DNA of 64,000 nt from Marispirochaeta sp. GTDB taxonomy: Bacteria; Spirochaetota; Spirochaetia; JC444; Marispirochaetaceae. Both the position numbers and the translations under genes were made by a program. The first letter of the stretch is position 1. The number at the start of each line of letters is the position of its first letter. Positions 9,889-23,621 of the stretch are shown in pieces. The DNA is taken from NCBI GenBank assembly GCA_963676835.2, contig CAXXFF010000002.1, positions 1,440,001 to 1,504,000 of the forward strand, given 5' to 3'. The notes under the pieces are model-generated. The model ran no database searches. It was not told the DNA's origin and saw nothing but the letters and a program-made list of their open reading frames with translations.

Positions 9889-10911
9889 TCAGTCTTTCAA
9901 GTGCTCCCTGATTTTCTTAAGTTCCGGGAGCACTTTATTAAACGCTTCAAGTACTGCAGGATCGTAGCAGCCTTCAGATTCCTCGCATATCAGCTCTGCC
10001 GCTTTTTCTACCGTCCAGGCTTTTTTATAGGGTCTGTCGCTGGTAAGTGCATCGAATACATCACATATTGCAACGATACGGGCATACAGGCTTATTTCTT
10101 CCCCCTTTAACCCGTCAGGATATCCGCTGCCGTTCCATTTTTCATGATGCTGCAGGCAAATTAGCCTGGCCACCTGCAGCAGCCTGGCTGGATGATCGCC
10201 TATTATTTTTGCACCGATAAGGGAATGGGATTTCATGGTTTCCCATTCGTCGGGATCAAGCTTTCCCGGTTTTAATAAGATACTGTCCGGGATGCCTATC
10301 TTTCCGATATCATGCATGGGGGATGCATTCAGAATCAGATCACACTCTTCTTCATTCAGTCCCATCTCTTGTGCAATAAGAAAGGAGTACTGGCTGACCC
10401 TGTCGACATGCAGCCCTGTTTCATTGTCCTTGAACTCCGATGCTATTCCCAGCTTTTTTATTATTTCAAACTGAGTTTCCGCAACTTCCCGGGTTTTATT
10501 TTTGACTTCCCGAATAAGCTCCCGGCGCTGGTTGTACAGGGCAAGGTGCATTTCAACTCTTAACAACACTATGGCAGGATTTACCGGCTTGGAAAGGTAG
10601 TCGACAGCGCCAAGCTTTATGCCCAGCTCTTCATCAACAGGCTGGTTGTTTGCGGTTATAAAAATTACTGGAATATCATTTGTAAGAGGATTATTCTTCA
10701 GCCTTCTACAGACCTCAAAGCCGTCCATTTCCGGCATCATAACATCTAACAGTATAATATCCGGCCGCGCTTCCTCGGCCATGCTCAGGGCACGTTTTCC
10801 ATTCAGGGCAAAGAGGATAGTGTATTTGCCGTGCAGGATTTCATGCAGGATATCAATATTTTCCGGCGAGTCATCAACAACCAGTACAGTCAATTTTGCA
10901 TCATCATTCAT
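9889..10911 (-). CDS. REC-HD-GYP c-di-GMP phosphodiesterase response regulator (RpfG-like)
   Basis: REC (LLDVMMP), [32 protein letters not shown]. Confidence 0.93.
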   Translation of the reverse strand: MNDDAKLTVLVVDDSPENIDILHEILHGKYTILFALNGKRALSMAEEARPDIILLDVMMPEMDGFEVCRRLKNNPLTNDIPVIFITANNQPVDEELGIKLGAVDYLSKPVNPAIVLLRVEMHLALYNQRRELIREVKNKTREVAETQFEIIKKLGIASEFKDNETGLHVDRVSQYSFLIAQEMGLNEEECDLILNASPMHDIGKIGIPDSILLKPGKLDPDEWETMKSHSLIGAKIIGDHPARLLQVARLICLQHHEKWNGSGYPDGLKGEEISLYARIVAICDVFDALTSDRPYKKAWTVEKAAELICEESEGCYDPAVLEAFNKVLPELKKIREHLKD

Positions 10912-13900
10912 GGGTTTGCTCTTTTACTAAATCTTCCAGCATTTTCAGGGCAATATCAAATTCATAGCGGGAAATAACCTCATTCATTTCCTGTATGCTG
11001 TTTCTCATAGTTTGGTCGGATGTATTCTCAAGCATCTCAGAGGAAAGAAGCCGTGCCTGAGTGTCATATTTTTCAAGCATTTCCTTCAGTTGTTCCGCCT
11101 GGTTTCTAAACCTGTCAGCATTAAACTCTTCAGACGATTCTTTACCGTCCTGAGAGTGAAGCAGGCTGATAATTTTATCTGCTTCATGAAGAACAGTATT
11201 CAGCTCTGCTTCAACTTTTGCGGCCATTTCCCGGGAGGCGGAGAGGGCTGAATCATTTTTAAATGTAATCTCGATGTTTTTTGCGTTTTCTGAAAGTGAA
11301 AGTGCTCCTATATTTGCGCTGCTGCCGGCGAGGGTATGGGCAAGAAGAATAATTTGCTTGCTTTCATTCTCTTCCAGACTGTGCAGAAGCTGATCCAATG
11401 TTTTTGTACTGTTGGTGGAAAACTTTTCCAGGACACCGGCGTAGGCCGATCTGTTGCCCATCATTCTTGCAAGACCTTCCCTCACATTAATGTGGGTATA
11501 CTCATCAAAAGCGGAAAGGTCCAAGCCGGTATCTTTTTCGGGAGCGGAGAGCTCTTCCCTGGATTCCATATTTACCCATTGGGTAATTACCCGGTGCAGA
11601 TCATTTGTATTAAACGGTTTCGTCAGGAAATCATTTACTCCTGCCTGCACTGCTTTATCTTTTGCTTCAGAAAGTGCATCCGCACTGAGTGCGATAATCG
11701 GCAGGGTCTCCAATTTAAGCTCTTCCCGAATTAATCTCGTCGCCTTATAACCGTCACATCTGGGCATCTGGAGATCCATAAGGACCAGATCAAACTCCTG
11801 CTTCTTAAGTGTCTCAACAGCCTCATATCCGTCATTTGCTATAGCTACGGTAATTCCCCAGTTTTCAAGGATATTTTTGGCAACATCCTGGTTGACTTCA
11901 TTATCCTCAACCAGCAGTACCCGTATGCTGTGCATGGAATGAAGTTCGACTGCAGGATCAGTCCCGTTGAACGACTCCCTGGTGGTGCCGGAAATAGTGC
12001 TCACTATGGCATTGTAAAGAGTAGAGCGTGAAATAGGTTTTAACAAAACCTGACCGAATCCTGCCTCTTTGGCTTCCTTGTGTACATTGATGTCATTGTA
12101 CCCGGTAAGAAGGATGGCCTTTGTCTTTTCAGTGGGCAAGTTTAGAGGTTTTATTTTCTCCCAGGCTTCGATACCGTTCATTTTCGGCATCTTATAGTCC
12201 ATTATAATCAGATCAATGTCGCTTCCCTCTTCCTTCGATCTGGCGAATAGTTTGACTGCATCAGAACCGGATTTTGCCTCTACGAAATTATAGGAAAAGT
12301 CAGCCAGGTTATTTTTGATAGCCTCTCTGATAACATAATGATCATCTACAATCATTATTTTCTGAAGACCTTCAACCTCTGTCAGTTTATCTCTAGCCGG
12401 GGTTGAGCAGGGTTCCTCCTCACACATCTGAAATCGTGCGGTAAAGCTGAATACGCTGCCTTTTTCCGGCTCGCTATCCACTGTAATGGACCCGCCCATC
12501 ATTTCTACCAGGTACTTGCATATGGTCAGCCCCAGGCCTGTACCGCCGTATTTTCTTGTTGTAGATGAGTCGGCCTGGGTAAATGCCTGAAAAAGTTTTT
12601 CCTGCTGTTCGCGGGTCATCCCGATTCCGGTATCCCTGACGGTAAACCGGAGCATGACGGATTTACCAACCAGATTGGCTAATTCCGCTTTCAGTTCAAC
12701 TTCTCCCTGGTGGGTAAACTTGATTGCGTTATTCATCAGATTCATGAGTATCTGGCTTAAGCGGAGAGAATCACCTTCCAGATTTACCGGTACGGAATTT
12801 TCCCGGATAAACAGTATTTCAAGTTCTTTTTTGCCGGTATTGATGCTGACCATTCGGGACACATTGTCCAGGAGTTCATCCAAATTAAAATGCACCGAGT
12901 CAAGTTCCATTTTCCGGGCTTCTATTTTAGAGAAATCAAGAATGTCATTAATAATCTGCATCAGGTTCTTTGCAGCATGGGAAAAATTCTTTACATATCC
13001 CTGCTGCCTGGTTGTCAGTTCAGTATTGCCGAGTAACGAACTGTATCCGATAATTGCATTCATGGGAGTACGGATTTCATGGCTCATGTTTGCCAGGAAA
13101 TCGCTTTTGGCCTGACTGGATTCTTCCGCTTTGGCGGCAAGAATTTCTGCCAGCTCTGTCTGCTGCCGGAGGGTGTTGTTCATCCGAAGCAGTTCTTTTT
13201 CTGATTTTTTCCGGTCCGAAATATCAATAAATGATTCAAGCAGAGCAGGCTGATTTTTGTATTCAAAGGGAGCAATGGTTTTCAGAATACTGATAGTTTG
13301 TCCGCTTTTCAAGGGAAAGGTTTTTTCTATGTTGGAGATTACAGAAGGTGAATTGATATGCGGGCAATATCTTTTCTTGCTTTCTCCGGGTCCCTCACAG
13401 TCGGGGCATATGTATTGGCTGCACGGAGTACCCAGGACCTCTTCAACTCTTGCCTCAAACATTTTGGCAGCGACGCTGTTTATAAATTCCACCTCTAAAG
13501 TTTCTTTATTTACAATCGCAATTCCAACCTGAATATTTTCGAGTATCTGTTTCAGTTGTGCCTCACTGCGAATCAATTGCTTTTCTGCAAGAATGCGTTT
13601 TCGGAAAATAAATAAAAACAGGGCGGAGATAATGGTAATAAATATTACAAAGGCGGCAATTATAAGCAGGGTTCTGGTTTTTATACGTCCGAACCAAATA
13701 TTCTGATCGATTGAAAAAATTACCCCGTAACGGCTGCCGAACAATGACACCGGGTAATATGCGGAAAAAACATCTACCGCCTCATCTATATACAAGGGGT
13801 GTTCAATAAGTCCGTAGTAATTGTTCTGAATATCCGCCGTTATTGTAGCCTGGTATTCAGTATCGATAAGTTTTCCCGAATGGTCCCCGGGAAAATATAT

Positions 13901-14494
13901 CAACTCGCCGTAATCATCAATGCACCAGTACCAGGACTGCCGTCCCGTGTAAAAATGTTGACTCAGTTCGCTCTCTACTGCAGCCGTAAAATCAAGATCA
14001 AATTCGAGAACAGAAACTATTATTCCGTCTTCCCGAACGGGGTATCGGTACACAAGGCCTTTGCTTGTTCGTTCTATCTCGATCTTTTCAATCAGGTAAA
14101 CATCTTTATCCCGTTGAATTATCCCGGAAAAGGTAAAGTAATTTGTGTCACTCTTGATTAAGCGTCTCAGGCGGGTTGAGTCACTAACGGTAATAAGGGA
14201 GATTATATTCTGATATTTTGAATAGAACCTGCGGATCTGGTTAAAGATATCCACGTCTACTGAATCTTTTTCGAGTATTTTATAAAAGGGAGTAACCGTG
14301 GCCTGATATTTCACCTCCTCTTCAAATCCTACTATATAGTTCTGGAGGTTGATACCGCTTATTTCCGACTGCTTACTCAGCATCTCATTGGTAAGTTTTT
14401 TCTGGCTGCTGAGTATGCTGTTGAAACTCATACTGACAGAAATGAGAAGAAAAAGGATAATCAGAAAAATTGCAGCCAGTGCTATTCGCTTCAA
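10904..14494 (-). CDS. Hybrid sensor kinase (periplasmic sensor-PAS-HisKA-HATPase-REC-REC-HPt)
   Basis: [26 protein letters not shown], two REC domains, HPt AHTLAGSS. Confidence 0.93.
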   Translation of the reverse strand: MKRIALAAIFLIILFLLISVSMSFNSILSSQKKLTNEMLSKQSEISGINLQNYIVGFEEEVKYQATVTPFYKILEKDSVDVDIFNQIRRFYSKYQNIISLITVSDSTRLRRLIKSDTNYFTFSGIIQRDKDVYLIEKIEIERTSKGLVYRYPVREDGIIVSVLEFDLDFTAAVESELSQHFYTGRQSWYWCIDDYGELIYFPGDHSGKLIDTEYQATITADIQNNYYGLIEHPLYIDEAVDVFSAYYPVSLFGSRYGVIFSIDQNIWFGRIKTRTLLIIAAFVIFITIISALFLFIFRKRILAEKQLIRSEAQLKQILENIQVGIAIVNKETLEVEFINSVAAKMFEARVEEVLGTPCSQYICPDCEGPGESKKRYCPHINSPSVISNIEKTFPLKSGQTISILKTIAPFEYKNQPALLESFIDISDRKKSEKELLRMNNTLRQQTELAEILAAKAEESSQAKSDFLANMSHEIRTPMNAIIGYSSLLGNTELTTRQQGYVKNFSHAAKNLMQIINDILDFSKIEARKMELDSVHFNLDELLDNVSRMVSINTGKKELEILFIRENSVPVNLEGDSLRLSQILMNLMNNAIKFTHQGEVELKAELANLVGKSVMLRFTVRDTGIGMTREQQEKLFQAFTQADSSTTRKYGGTGLGLTICKYLVEMMGGSITVDSEPEKGSVFSFTARFQMCEEEPCSTPARDKLTEVEGLQKIMIVDDHYVIREAIKNNLADFSYNFVEAKSGSDAVKLFARSKEEGSDIDLIIMDYKMPKMNGIEAWEKIKPLNLPTEKTKAILLTGYNDINVHKEAKEAGFGQVLLKPISRSTLYNAIVSTISGTTRESFNGTDPAVELHSMHSIRVLLVEDNEVNQDVAKNILENWGITVAIANDGYEAVETLKKQEFDLVLMDLQMPRCDGYKATRLIREELKLETLPIIALSADALSEAKDKAVQAGVNDFLTKPFNTNDLHRVITQWVNMESREELSAPEKDTGLDLSAFDEYTHINVREGLARMMGNRSAYAGVLEKFSTNSTKTLDQLLHSLEENESKQIILLAHTLAGSSANIGALSLSENAKNIEITFKNDSALSASREMAAKVEAELNTVLHEADKIISLLHSQDGKESSEEFNADRFRNQAEQLKEMLEKYDTQARLLSSEMLENTSDQTMRNSIQEMNEVISRYEFDIALKMLEDLVKEQTHE

Positions 14495-14511
14495 CCAGTT
14501 CTCTCCAGTAG

Positions 14512-15543
14512 TTATTGCACCAGTTTGAGAATTTTCCAGTCAAGTTCCGGAATCGGTTCTGTGATGATCAGGTACTCTTTGTCGGCAACGGTCAGGGCGA
14601 CTTCTTTTTCTTTCTTGTTATAGACAGCCTCTGCCATCAACCGTACTTCCCTGGTTTTGCTTTTCAACAGATTGAAATCATTTTCCCGGTAGGTATCCTG
14701 CCGGATGGTTTCCAGGTATTTATGATTTTCAAGCACAGGAAGGCCGAAGAGGGTCACCATGGCATCTTCGATAGAGACAACTGTGGCGGTTGAGTCCAGG
14801 ATAACGATTCCCGGTTCCTGTTTTACATACCTGTCGGTGATTGTATTTATGGTAACATCCATGCCCGGGACTCCTTCCAGTTTCCCGTCTATGTATACCG
14901 GTGCAATTACCGATACCATCCAGCCTCTTCCTGCGGGGTCGACATAGGGTTCGTTCACCCAAACAGCCTCTTTTTGGGGATTGTGTTCCAAGTCGGCCAG
15001 ATAATAGAAATTGAACGCGGGAATATCCATTTTCGGTTCGTACTGGGTAAGTACATCAAAATAGGGATAGATCCTGTTGTAGGAGTATTTATCATTATAG
15101 TATGCCTGTATTACTTCCTGATAATTGTCGGTTATCTGCATAAGCACTGCATCCATGGGCTCCGTAAAGTAGACAATATTCTTTATCTCTTCATTTACCG
15201 GAACAACGCCGGAAACAAACACTGCCGATTTTCCGTCGTTCACCGGTTTATAGAAGACGCCGTTTTCGTACAGCGCGTAACGTGAAGGGTCAACCATTGC
15301 CAGATTTTCTGCAGCTGTCTCCGGTGCATACAGCTTCTGAATCTCTTCAGCAAGGCTTCCAACCTCTGTTCGAATCTGCCGGAAATCATTGTTTATCTGC
15401 TCTGCTATACTGACAAGCTGCTCAGACGCAGCCTGTTTCTTTGCCTCAAGCTTACCGCTGCCGCACGATACTATGAGGGCAAATGACAGTGAAAGCAGGC
15501 CTGATGCTATTATCTGTACTCCAGCACTTCTGTTTCTGTTCAT
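14512..15543 (-). CDS. Stand-alone Cache-domain lipoprotein
   Basis: Lipobox IVSC, Cache motif [23 protein letters not shown]...GVPGMDV. No TM or output domain. Confidence 0.75.
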   Translation of the reverse strand: MNRNRSAGVQIIASGLLSLSFALIVSCGSGKLEAKKQAASEQLVSIAEQINNDFRQIRTEVGSLAEEIQKLYAPETAAENLAMVDPSRYALYENGVFYKPVNDGKSAVFVSGVVPVNEEIKNIVYFTEPMDAVLMQITDNYQEVIQAYYNDKYSYNRIYPYFDVLTQYEPKMDIPAFNFYYLADLEHNPQKEAVWVNEPYVDPAGRGWMVSVIAPVYIDGKLEGVPGMDVTINTITDRYVKQEPGIVILDSTATVVSIEDAMVTLFGLPVLENHKYLETIRQDTYRENDFNLLKSKTREVRLMAEAVYNKKEKEVALTVADKEYLIITEPIPELDWKILKLVQ

Positions 15544-15808
15544 TGGAATGCCTCCTGTTTTCAGTGGTCAGGCAGGTTCTCCACCTCTGTAAAAGTATAG
15601 TTTTGCTTACGCCAAAATGCGAATTCTGATGCAAGAAAATGAACTGGCTCCGACTTTGGATATCTGCAGGAAGATGAGAGTTATTTTTTAGCGACAGAAG
15701 AGTATTTCTCTTGAGTTCCAAAGGGTATCTGTGTACCATGAAAAAGATTGATGAACGTTGATGGTATTTGAGTAAGGCTTGATAAAACAAACAGAATGGA
15801 TTGTGTGT

Positions 15809-18310
15809 ATGAAAAAAAATTCCGGTTTACTTAGTTTTCTGCCGTTTCTATTTCTTTCTCTGGCCTTCATTCTGTTTACCAGCTGCCCGACTCCCATGGG
15901 AATCGGCGGCACTGTTATTCCGCCATATTCCATTTCTGTTGATAATGTTAACCCTGCGGATGGGGGAGAGTATGTCGTTGCTGATGTAGATTCCGCCATA
16001 GCCGGGACTACCGTGACTCTTACCGCCCATGTTAACTCCGGAAGGATGGTGACCCTTGCGGTCCCCAATGCCACCGTGACTCCCTCGGTAATAACCGTAG
16101 ATAACAGTACCGCAGTATTTACCATGCCTGCCAGTGCCACCGAGGTTACTGCGACATTCAGTGCGGCAGCTGCAACCTATACGGTAAGCTATAACGCCAA
16201 TGGTGCAACAGGCGGGACAGCTCCAGTGGATCAGACAAAAATTGAGAATGTTAACCTGCAACTGGCATCCAATAGCGGCAGCCTGGTTAAAACCGGCTAT
16301 GACTTTGATGGCTGGAACACCAATTCTGAGGGAACCGGAACTGATTATGCTGTCGAAGCTACCTATTCAAACAACGGAAATATTACCCTGTATGCTAAAT
16401 GGACGGCGAATACCTATACAGTAACCTTTGATGCCGGAGCAGGAGCGACGCCAAGTCCGGAAACAAAAGACGTAACCTACAATTCAACCTATGGAACCCT
16501 GGCAAGCACCAGCAGAACCGGCTACACCTTTGGCGGCTGGTGGACCGGCTCCGGAGGAACCGGCAGTCAGATTACCTCTGCCTCTACGGTTGCAATTTTA
16601 TCGGCTCAAACGTTATATGCCAAATGGACAGCGAAAACCTATACCGTTACATTTGATGCCGGAGACGGAATAACTCCCAGTCCGGAAACCAAAAGCGTAA
16701 CCTACGACGCTGCCTATGGAGTTTTGGCAACTACCAGCAGATCAGGATACAACTTTGCCGGCTGGTGGACCGGTGCCGGCGGTACCGGCAGTCAGATTAG
16801 TGATATTTCTACAGTGACTACGGCTTCAGATCATACTCTGTATGCAAAGTGGACGGATGCAGCGTTACCAACCTATACAGTTACCTTCAATGCCAACGGA
16901 GCCGACAGCGGATCGGTCCCCTCAAGTCAGACGAAGACAGAAGGTATAGACCTGACCCTTGCTTCGAATACAGGGAATCTCGGCCTTACAGATCACAACT
17001 TTGAAGGCTGGAATACTTCATCCGACGGAAACGGTACTGACTATGCCGAAGGAGCAACCTACTCAAGTGATGCGGATATAACCCTTTATGCGAAATGGGC
17101 AGAGGTTCCAACATACACCGTAACCTATGATGCCAACGGAGCCGACAGTGGAACGGTACCATCGAGTCAGACGAAGACTGAAAGTATAGACCTGACCCTT
17201 GCTTCGAACACAGGAAATCTCGGGCTTACCGATCACACCTTTGAAGGATGGAATACTTCATCCGACGGAAACGGTACTGACTATATCGAAGGAGCAACCT
17301 ACTCAAGTGATGCGGATATAACCCTTTATGCGAAATGGGCAGAGGTTCCAACATACACCGTAACCTACAATGCCAACGGAGCCGACAGTGGAACGGTACC
17401 ATCGAGTCAGACGAAGACCGAAAGTATCGATCTGACCCTTGCTTCGAATACAGGGAATCTCGGCCTTACAGATCACAACTTTGAAGGCTGGAATACTTCA
17501 TCCGACGGAAACGGTACTGACTATGCCGAAGGAGCAACCTACTCCACTGATGCAGATATAACCCTTTATGCGAAATGGGCAGAGGTTCCAACATACACCG
17601 TAACCTATGATGCCAACGGAGCCGATAGTGGAACGGTACCCTCGAGTCAGACGAAGACCGAGAGTATAGATCTAACCCTTGCATCGAATACAGGAAATCT
17701 CGGCCTTACCGATCACACCTTTGAAGGCTGGAATACTTCATCCGACGGAAACGGTACTGACTATATCGAAGGAGCAACCTACTCAAGTGATGCAGATATA
17801 ACCCTCTATGCCAAATGGGCAGAGGTTCAAACATACACTGTAACCTATGATGCCAACGGAGCCGATAGTGGAACGGTACCCTCGAGTCAGACGAAGACCG
17901 AAAGTATTGATCTGACTCTTGCTTCGAACACAGGAAATCTCGGGCTTACCGATCACACCTTTGAAGGATGGAATACTTCATCCGACGGAAACGGTACTGA
18001 CTATATCGAAGGAGCAACCTACTCAACTGATTCGGATATAACCCTTTATGCCAAATGGGTAGAGATTCCAACATACACTGTAACCTATGATGCCAACGGA
18101 GCCGACAGCGGTACGATCCCTTCAAGTCAGACGAAGACCGTAGGTATAGATCTGACCCTTGCGGATAATACGGGAGGTCTCGGCCTTGCTCTTCATTCTT
18201 TGTCAGGCTGGAACACTACTGCAGAAGGAGATGGTGATCACTATGAGCTTGAAGGAACATACACTGCTGATGCGGATGCAATCTTATATGCAGAGTGGAC
18301 TGCCGATTAG
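15809..18310 (+). CDS. Surface lipoprotein with nine InlB B-repeat (Flg_new) domains
   Basis: Lipobox FTSC and repeated TYTVT(Y/F)xxNG...F-x-GW...TLYAKW units. Confidence 0.9.
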   Translation: MKKNSGLLSFLPFLFLSLAFILFTSCPTPMGIGGTVIPPYSISVDNVNPADGGEYVVADVDSAIAGTTVTLTAHVNSGRMVTLAVPNATVTPSVITVDNSTAVFTMPASATEVTATFSAAAATYTVSYNANGATGGTAPVDQTKIENVNLQLASNSGSLVKTGYDFDGWNTNSEGTGTDYAVEATYSNNGNITLYAKWTANTYTVTFDAGAGATPSPETKDVTYNSTYGTLASTSRTGYTFGGWWTGSGGTGSQITSASTVAILSAQTLYAKWTAKTYTVTFDAGDGITPSPETKSVTYDAAYGVLATTSRSGYNFAGWWTGAGGTGSQISDISTVTTASDHTLYAKWTDAALPTYTVTFNANGADSGSVPSSQTKTEGIDLTLASNTGNLGLTDHNFEGWNTSSDGNGTDYAEGATYSSDADITLYAKWAEVPTYTVTYDANGADSGTVPSSQTKTESIDLTLASNTGNLGLTDHTFEGWNTSSDGNGTDYIEGATYSSDADITLYAKWAEVPTYTVTYNANGADSGTVPSSQTKTESIDLTLASNTGNLGLTDHNFEGWNTSSDGNGTDYAEGATYSTDADITLYAKWAEVPTYTVTYDANGADSGTVPSSQTKTESIDLTLASNTGNLGLTDHTFEGWNTSSDGNGTDYIEGATYSSDADITLYAKWAEVQTYTVTYDANGADSGTVPSSQTKTESIDLTLASNTGNLGLTDHTFEGWNTSSDGNGTDYIEGATYSTDSDITLYAKWVEIPTYTVTYDANGADSGTIPSSQTKTVGIDLTLADNTGGLGLALHSLSGWNTTAEGDGDHYELEGTYTADADAILYAEWTAD
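16861..18300 (+). repeat. Six tandem 240-bp intragenic repeats
   Basis: Near-identical units start at 16861, 17101, 17341, 17581, 17821 and 18061. The last is more diverged. Confidence 0.95.
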
Positions 18311-18363
18311 CCATATTCCAGCAATTCACCGCAGTGCGGAAAAGATATACCGTCGCAAGTTCT

Positions 18364-20094
18364 TTAAGACAAATCCAGCATTAGACTGAACCGTGTTCCC
18401 TGATCACTGTAGATTTTTAAATCACCTTTCAGCTCTCTTGTAAGCTGTTCAACAATCTTCAGCCCCAGCCCCTTTCCTGTTTCAATGTCGAAGGCGGTGG
18501 GTAGACCTTTCCCGTTATCGGTAACCTCAAGAAGGAAATCTTCGTTTGCTTCCTTTGTAAAAGTTACATTGATATTTCCATTTGCAATACCTGCGGGGAA
18601 GGCATACTTAAGAGCATTTGTCACCAGTTCATTTACCATCAGTCCAATGTGCATTGCATCCCTTGGTTTAAGCTGTACTTCTGCAATATCCATATTGATC
18701 ATAATGCCGGATGTATCCTTCAGCATACTTTCCTGTATCTGAGTAAGCAGTTCGGTAAAATATTTAAGGGCGTTAATTTCATTAATCCCCTCTGCTTTAT
18801 ACAGATCATCATGAATATTCTTTATCGATGTGATCCGGTTACTGATTTCATGAAGGTTATCCTTCACTTCCTGATTATCACTTTCATGTATCTGCAGGGA
18901 GACCATACTCTTCAAAATGGCAAGATTATTTTTAACCCGGTGGTCTATCTCCCTGATAAGGAGCGTCTGGTAATCAATAAGCTCTTCTAATTCTGCTTTT
19001 TTCCCCCGGAGAATAAGTGAAACCATGTGGTATTTGATCAAGGCAACGCTGATAACAGCAGAAAAGAGAACCAGCACAGTAATTACCAATATGACCAGTT
19101 CCCATGTATAGGTTTTAAAAAATGAATCTGGTTTGTTTATTATTGAATATTCCCCCTTCTCTCCGGGAGGTTTCAGGCCGTACCTCTTCAATACCTGCCA
19201 GTCCCAAATAGTGGCCATTGTATCATAATCCTGCTTATAGCTACCGTGGTTCAGGTAGTCGATGCCAGCCTGGTACATCTCACGGGCAACTCTGTTTGCG
19301 CTCAGCATCGTTCCTCCCACGGTTCCGGCTCCCAGAAGGGAGTCCCAGAATGTGTATACCGTAACTGGACTGTTTTGCGTAATCTCTTCAAGTACATCAC
19401 GGGGGATAAAGGTTGTGCCGGTTGTGTCTCTCATAACCAGGGTATAGAGAATGATGCTCTCGTTATTGATCCCTGAAACGGTATCAAGAAGTTCTTCCAG
19501 GGAAAAATCTGAAATAACAACCAGCCTGATTTCCGTGTATGACTCAAGAAACTGTTTAACCGCGGGGATAACCGGTGTAGTTGCCTGGGTTCCCCCATTA
19601 ATAAGGAAAATAGTCTTGAGCTCCGGATTCTGTTCCCTGGCGAGTAGAATTGTGCGGACGGCGGCGGTTGCAATATTACTGGTTAGATATAAACTGTTCC
19701 CTGCCCAGGTATTTTTTACAAGATCACCGCCTCTATGGATTTTTGGGACTTTCGGAAAAAGATCGATGTTCTGTTTCAATAAATGAACAGCTTCAGTCCC
19801 TTCGGCGATGATAAAAGAAAGATTAAGTTCAGAGTATTTGCCCGCAAGATAGCTCTTCCATACATCGTTACCCAGGCGGTCTTCCGGGAAATTCTTGTTC
19901 ATAAACTCAAAATAAAAACGGACATTGGGAAAGTTTTCTTCCCTTATGCTTTCAAAAGCTTTATTAATTGCCGTCACCCAGGGGAAATCTGCACTGCGGG
20001 AGTGGAGAACAAGAATTTTATGCCGCTCTGCCTGGGAGAACCCGGACAGGGTCATAAATATAAGCAGAATAAACGTGTATGCTTTTTTTCTCAT
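18364..20094 (-). CDS. Sensor histidine kinase with ABC-SBP-like periplasmic domain (HisKA_2)
   Basis: Signal peptide, one TM, EIDHRVKNNL, NALKYAF, DNGKG, GLGL. Confidence 0.88.
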   Translation of the reverse strand: MRKKAYTFILLIFMTLSGFSQAERHKILVLHSRSADFPWVTAINKAFESIREENFPNVRFYFEFMNKNFPEDRLGNDVWKSYLAGKYSELNLSFIIAEGTEAVHLLKQNIDLFPKVPKIHRGGDLVKNTWAGNSLYLTSNIATAAVRTILLAREQNPELKTIFLINGGTQATTPVIPAVKQFLESYTEIRLVVISDFSLEELLDTVSGINNESIILYTLVMRDTTGTTFIPRDVLEEITQNSPVTVYTFWDSLLGAGTVGGTMLSANRVAREMYQAGIDYLNHGSYKQDYDTMATIWDWQVLKRYGLKPPGEKGEYSIINKPDSFFKTYTWELVILVITVLVLFSAVISVALIKYHMVSLILRGKKAELEELIDYQTLLIREIDHRVKNNLAILKSMVSLQIHESDNQEVKDNLHEISNRITSIKNIHDDLYKAEGINEINALKYFTELLTQIQESMLKDTSGIMINMDIAEVQLKPRDAMHIGLMVNELVTNALKYAFPAGIANGNINVTFTKEANEDFLLEVTDNGKGLPTAFDIETGKGLGLKIVEQLTRELKGDLKIYSDQGTRFSLMLDLS

Positions 20095-20280
20095 GGGGCT
20101 AATTGTATGAACTTAACTTCAGTCCTGCAAATCTTTTTCTTGCTATTTCAGAGCTACCCGGTCAAAATATACAAAGATCTAAGAGAAGGATTTGTTTCTC
20201 CCCATCTTCAGTTCAATTCATCCAGCCTATGCCTCCACCTGCTCTTTTTTTCTTATTAACCGCGCGGCGCCGGAGAATGA

Positions 20281-22515
<2,235 letters not shown>

Positions 22516-22576
22516 TTTCCTCCTGTACTAAGGGTATATTCATGAGGGGAGCATTTTTCCCCTCATGGATTTGTGT

Positions 22577-22990
22577 ATGAAACGAGTGTTATTAATAACT
22601 GCAGGAAATCTGTCTTTATCCCTTGGTATTGTTGGAATCTTTCTTCCTGTTCTTCCCACAACCCCTTTTCTTCTTTTATCTGCAGCCTGTTATATGAAAA
22701 GTTCCCGAAAGCTGTATGACTGGCTGCTGAACCATCCCGTTCTTGGCCTGTACATACGTTCCTATATCAAATACCGGGCAATCACTATGCGTGCAAAGGT
22801 AATATCTATTATAGCCCTGTGGATTGTACTTGGGGCATCGGTTGTATTTTTTGTTTCCCTAACCTGGCTGCGGATACTCCTGCTTTTTATAGGCGCCGGG
22901 GTGACGGTGTATCTGCTTCATTTCAGAACACTGAATGATGAGATTATCCGGCAGGTTGAAGAAGGTTATGGGAGCAGTGATATTCCCTAA
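22577..22990 (+). CDS. ybaN: YbaN (DUF454) membrane protein
   Basis: LGIVGIFLPVLPTTPFLLL signature. Confidence 0.88.
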   Translation: MKRVLLITAGNLSLSLGIVGIFLPVLPTTPFLLLSAACYMKSSRKLYDWLLNHPVLGLYIRSYIKYRAITMRAKVISIIALWIVLGASVVFFVSLTWLRILLLFIGAGVTVYLLHFRTLNDEIIRQVEEGYGSSDIP

Positions 22991-23080
22991 AATAATTGAT
23001 TGACTGGCAAATCTGTTTTTCCGAATTTCTCTTTTAGTACTCTTCTCTAAGTAGTAAGGTGAACGCTAAGGAGACAACAG

Positions 23081-23548
23081 GTGAAAAAACTTCTTTGTAT
23101 TATCCCGATCTTGCTTATATCAGCAGCTTTCTGTTTCAGTCAGACTTTGGACGACGTATCCGGCTATTATCTTTTTGAAGATAAAGAAGCTGAAGAAATA
23201 TACCTGAGCCCGGTTGTAAAAACCGATGACAACACCTATCAGATGTACGATGTCTATATTTATAAAGACGATAATGGCGAGACTGTGGCGGATGTAAACA
23301 GCATGGGAGAGCCCTTTTCTCTAAATGATAATAATTCCGCAGCCGTTTTTGCCTACGACAACAGGTATGACGAGACCTTTACTGAAGAGGCTATGACCGA
23401 ACACTGGACCAGCATGGAAGATGGCACGGAAGGGGACCTTGTGTTTATGCGGAAAACAAAGAAAGAAGTAGAAAAACTGCTGCTGTCCATTTTTAAAGAT
23501 AAAAATGAAGTGGCGGGGATGATGTATCCTCAATTGGCAGAGGAGTAA
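23081..23548 (+). CDS. Hypothetical exported protein
   Basis: SD AAGGAG, GTG start, signal peptide, acidic mature part. Confidence 0.7.
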   Translation: MKKLLCIIPILLISAAFCFSQTLDDVSGYYLFEDKEAEEIYLSPVVKTDDNTYQMYDVYIYKDDNGETVADVNSMGEPFSLNDNNSAAVFAYDNRYDETFTEEAMTEHWTSMEDGTEGDLVFMRKTKKEVEKLLLSIFKDKNEVAGMMYPQLAEE

Positions 23549-23621
23549 TTCTGCGTGACAAAGTAACGGGAAAAACGTTAGTATGCTTTAAGAAAGTTTT
23601 ATTTATTGGAGATTATAAATA

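Noticed and set aside
15812..15819. A8 tract after the lipoprotein start as a phase-variation site
   Set aside because: Explained by ordinary Met-Lys-Lys-Asn signal-peptide codons.
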